Both the position numbers and the translations under genes were made by a program. A model generated the notes under the pieces. The model saw only the letters and a list, made by a program, of their open reading frames with translations, was not told the DNA's origin and did no database searches. A stretch of DNA of 57,661 bases, filler included, from Platydemus manokwari (taxonomy: Eukaryota): NCBI GenBank assembly GCA_037951405.1. It is 5 parts of 5 records of this genome, joined end to end, with 100 filler letters (N's around TTAATTAATTAA, not from the genome) between each part and the next. Parts side by side here need not be neighbours in the genome. Positions count along the whole stretch, not along the records: positions 47,171 to 57,661 come from JBBMOY011129663.1; 4 more parts are not named here. One strand, 5' to 3'. Positions 53,401-57,661 of the stretch are shown here, piece by piece (the stretch's first letter is position 1; each line of letters opens with the position of its first letter).

Positions 53401-54144
53401 TGATTATCCATTGACAGTACTCCAACCACATTAACTGTGACTGCATTTTTAAAATCCATTTTTTTAAACCTTTAGATAAATTCTGATCTCCAATTTTATT
53501 ATCTTTGTACACAAGTCATAATTAAATTTCTTTTTTTAAATCCTTACCTTTATAACAAGATATTTAAAACCGAAAAATTGAGTAACATAAAGTTCATATA
53601 AAAAGATTTGAATTTTTCATCATTAAAATGTTTAATATATTGTCATATTATTTTTATAACTCACATATTAATTTTATAATAATTTCGAAAAAATATTTAT
53701 GCAATAATAAATTTAATTGCAGATGTATCTGTATCTTCTCCTCTCAAAGAAGACAAAGTAAAAAAAATTGCAATACAAGAACCTAAACCAATTGCCACAA
53801 CTGAAATTGTAGAGCAATCTACAACGAAGTTGAATAGTTCAAATAATAAAGATTCGATTCCTGTGAAGCAAGTTTCCCCAGTCAAGCAGAAACCACAAAA
53901 AGTTGGCTTAGACCGGCCGATATGCGAATGGAGTGTAAATGATGTCGCTGATTTCGTAAAGCAAACTCCTGGCTGCGATAATTATGTATCGATGTTTCAA
54001 AATCACGAAATAGATGGCGAAGCGTTATTATTGTTATCTAATGACAACCTCATTCAAGGAGCACTAAATATGAAAATTGGACCTGCTTTAAAACTATGTG
54101 CAAGGATCGAAAAACGAAAAGCACTAGATCCTCCACAGCAATGA
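47473..54144 (+). CDS. PHC: Polyhomeotic-like PRC1 subunit (HD1 + C-terminal SAM); 5' end probably off-contig
   Basis: Exons ~47473-47645, 48440-48967, 50104-50248, 50856-51183, 52274-52464, 52514-52689 and 53723-54144 are phase compatible. HD1-like AVVRPEQRKVLVHYLDDLIVFESDVPFP; SAM WSVNDVADFVKQTPGC...EIDGEALLLL...MKIGPALKL; Q/N/S/T/P-rich N-terminus. Confidence 0.88.
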
Positions 54145-56702
54145 ATTTTATTTTTATTTAAATAGATTATTTTAAAAATTGTACATAAAATATATTTAAA
54201 GAAGGTTTTATTCAGTGAGCATGTAATTTGTATTTAATAAAATTTTCTTTAATTTGAATATTTGATAATATTAATACAGATTACTAATAAATAACTGCAT
54301 TTTTATATCAATTTTAATTTTGGAAATCAAGGACACATATTTTTAAACTCTAAAAATATGTTTCTTCGATTTCCGTTCAGTGTTGCTAAAACGAGTAATT
54401 AAGAGCGAATATTTAAACAATTTAATAAATAGACAGTATTTATGTAATTTATAATTAATAAATTATTTTCTGGAAAATACTATTTTTTGATTTCTTTAAA
54501 ATATTTACCTAGAATGAAACTGAAAAGTTAAATACATTATCATACCAAAAACAAAACCAAATTGGAAATTGGAAACTTGCATAAAAATTAATGCGTCTCA
54601 TTCCAATTTTTAGCTCAATTCTTTATTTGGAAAATATGTAAATAAATTATTGTTAAGTGTCAACAAATAAAGCTCCAGTTTTGAAGAAATCTATGTATCA
54701 AAATATAAGTTAATAAAAGATTAAGTAATTATAGCAATGCTTATTTCTGTTTTTAGTTTTAAAATTTATTGTAAATCATTAAGTTCAATATGATTCATTC
54801 TTATAAATCAAAATCCACACACACAGAATATTTTTAATTTGCATTTTATATATAATTTATTGTATTATTTCACCCTATCTACATTAAAAACAAACTATGA
54901 AATACTGGGGATAAGGTAGATTTGAGTAGAAAATAAATTTTAGAATTATTTCAATGCACATTACACACGTAATACATGATTATAATTAATAATTAACTAG
55001 ATTTAGACCAGTAAGTCAATTAATCACCACAGAAGCACTCATACAAATATGCAAGTCAATCGAATTTCAAGAAAACATTTTAACCAGGGGTTGCTATTGA
55101 GAAATTATTTATAATTCGACTAGAAGTTTTCGGAAACATTAATACGAAGGAGCTATTCAACGTCGAGTCGCCTTAGTGAACGGAGTGGGATTTTACATAA
55201 TATTCATATATATATATATAATTAATCTATGTGACTTGGTAAATTACAGTAATGTCGATTTTTATCTATATCCACTGATAATAGTTGTCAGAAGACAGTC
55301 ATGTTGATAATAATCTAATGTCTAATAATCAAAAATCGAATGAACCTTCTATTTATGCTAAAAAAATATATCCTTCATCAAGTAAAAGGTAGCAGATTTA
55401 CTGATGGAATCTTACTAGCCTGTTACCAAGCAGCATTTGGTGCTGACATATTTAAGATGATTCAACTAGTTCACACTTGGTGAATAATCTCTAATTTAAT
55501 TTTGATATCGATCAAAACCAGAAGAATGGCGATTCCATCAGTGTTATGATCCCAATTAGAATAATAGGTTATGTATTATATTTTAATATAATATAACGAT
55601 ATAGCAATTAAAATAACAATACTTCAGCAATAATGCTTTATTATAGTACAAATTAAGAATTATGCAATGCAGTTGATTTTTAAAGATATCCGTGTTGTTC
55701 CCTGGAGGATTAACAACCGATGTAGGGAATTGAGTGCCTCCCTACTCCGGACAATAAACTAAAGGATATTGAAGTTTAGATACCCCAAATCCTGTCCGCT
55801 TTGTGAGTTTATTGGTTATGCCACGCAAATTTTGTCGAGCTTTGTAGCGTAATAAAGGGTGTATTAATAATATAATTTACCGATGACATTATTAAATTTG
55901 AGTAATGAAGATGATATAGGAGGGTTGGATATACGCTATTGTGAATGATTGGGTTTTCTGAACTGGGGGAATGCAATCCAATTTGAATTTATTTCTTTTG
56001 AAAGTTTGGGTGAATAAATCCCACTGTCGAATGTCGTAATGAAATTTCTTGGCGTCTGTTTATATTTCTGTTTGTATTATACAAACCTAGATTTTTTGTG
56101 GGAGGAATTACTTATTTTCTGTTAATTTCGTCGTTGATGTGGTAATTTATTATTCCCCCGTGATGATTATTATTTTTCCAATGCGACTCAGCGCTACCAG
56201 TGTTTTCGCCTTAGCAACATATTAAATAACCGTAGTAACACGAATTTTAGAAAATTTTTTAGGATCGATGATTCAGTTTTGTGTCAAAATTATTTGAGAT
56301 TATAATGAATTAATTAATATGAATTGAAATGTGGGTTGATAGGCTTGAAAAATAACTCAACATTAGTTGTGATTCCAATGTATTATTTAGTTGTTAGGAA
56401 ATACTTAAGATTTCACCTTTGATAGATTGTGGTACAACTTTTTATAAAGCAAATCAAACCTTTAAATTTTTTATAGTTGGTTTAAAAGAAGAAAAAGGCA
56501 TTTTATTAAATTATAAAATCATATCTTTTGATTTTTTAACTACCGAAAATTATGTTGATAAATCCTTTAGTGTTAATTGTGTTGGTATACATGATTCATA
56601 TAAAATGAGAGAGCTGGAGATTTTAAATCTGTGTGTTTCATTGTCACCAATGAAGATTCTGTTGGCAAGATACCTCAAGTACAAGTATTCAAGAGCAAGT
56701 AG

Positions 56703-56897
56703 TGTTGGATAATTAAGGGAATTGGAACGACATCGAATACCGTGGAAACAACTCCGAGAATCTGACTATTGAATCTTATTTAAATATTTAATTACTTCAG
56801 TTAAGTTATAAGCACATTCCGTCATAATATTTATTTATTTGAAAAAACTGCAATAAACCACCAATCGATTATTTAAACAATTATTTAATCAAGTTAC
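56703..56897 (-). repeat. Candidate 3' LTR of the gypsy element
   Basis: Follows the purine tract AAGAGGAGGCGAG on the minus strand directly after the integrase tail and ends in ...TCCAACA. No partner LTR is present in the window. Confidence 0.4.
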
Positions 56898-57661
56898 TCG
56901 CCTCCTCTTAAGGCCCGTTCCACCGTTTCAGTCACTCTAATCATCTGGATTTTGTCGCGAGGGAATTGAATCTCCACCTGTCTGTCTGACTTGAATCCGG
57001 TAATTCGATACGGGGGTTCGTACTGATATCCATTTTTTCCTCTTATGGGGATCTACGTGAACTAGCACCTTCTCCCCTACCTGAAAAGCTCGATGTGTTC
57101 TTTTTTCCTGTCTCGGTTAGACACTATATCGGCTGCCACCTTAGAATTTCCTCTAGCCGCTGCTGCAATATCATTTCGAGATTGATTCTCGTGGCTCACA
57201 TCTGTATGAACATTGATCTTTCACCCGTAGATTATCTCGAAAGGCGAGAAATTCGTTGTTGATTGATGTGCTGCGTTGATACAGAACTCTATCCTTGGCA
57301 ACAATTCAGTCCAATTTTTTTCCTGGCTGTTACCCCTTAAAGTAGCTGTTATCATATCTCGTACCGCCCTGATAACTCTTTCCGCTAGACCGTTCGATTG
57401 ATGCTGATATGGTGAGATGAATTCCTGTTTGATACCTAATTTTGAACACGCCTCTCTCATAAATATGCCTTTAAATTGTTTCCCGTTATCAGATAGAATG
57501 CTCTTTGGCTTCTCAAAACGATAAATCCACGAATTCAAAATGACCTGGAAAATTGTCTTTTCGTCTTGCTTAGATGTAGCAGTAAGGCTCACTAGCTTGC
57601 TGAATCTGTCGATAATGACTACTAAGTACTTCTTGTTACTATGCATCGCGTCCATTTGTGC
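56895..57661 (-). mobile_element. Ty3/gypsy integrase (rve core and C-terminal tail), disrupted; continues beyond the window
   Basis: YLVVIIDRFSK, ILSDNGKQF, SPYQHQSNGLAER (D,D35E), SPFEIIYG*, then frameshifted FQVGEKVLV and YEPPYRI (GPY/F-like). Confidence 0.92.

Noticed and set aside
55700-56712. 7-bp hairpin GTAGGGA/TCCCTAC, a CPLC knuckle-like peptide and a 97-aa ORF as Helitron end or gag
   Set aside because: There is no CTRR terminus after the hairpin, and the peptides are too short and out of order to support a call.

Overview
This is a very AT-rich, intron-containing animal genome window. Minimal 39-60 nt introns and the transposon repertoire suggest a flatworm/planarian-type genome (inference only). 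It is not one continuous locus: four identical 100-nt spacers (44 N + TTAATTAATTAA + 44 N) join five contigs (1-12735, 12836-21599, 21700-30423, 30524-47070, 47171-57661), and several genes stop at these joins. Host genes: an intronless double-RING protein, a complete UCH-L3-type deubiquitinase, a 5' part of the PKA type I regulatory subunit, an ANKRD63-like ankyrin protein, an ENPP4/5-like ectonucleotide pyrophosphatase (3' cut), a complete ribonucleotide reductase large subunit, a 5' part of transketolase, and a Polyhomeotic-like SAM protein (5' cut). Intergenic DNA holds decayed mobile elements: several mariner/Tc1 and pogo/tigger elements, Ty3/gypsy remnants, a hAT end, and a Polinton/adintovirus-like PLA2X+integrase fragment. 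The most notable observations are (i) an RRM1 with all catalytic residues and the ATP cone intact but a remodelled specificity (s-site) loop 1/loop 2, (ii) the Polinton/adintovirus fossil, (iii) the intronless, internally duplicated C3HC3D RING protein, (iv) an interleaved long inverted-repeat structure, and (v) two degenerate hammerhead-like motifs. Exon boundaries and comparisons to reference proteins were made by eye and from memory.
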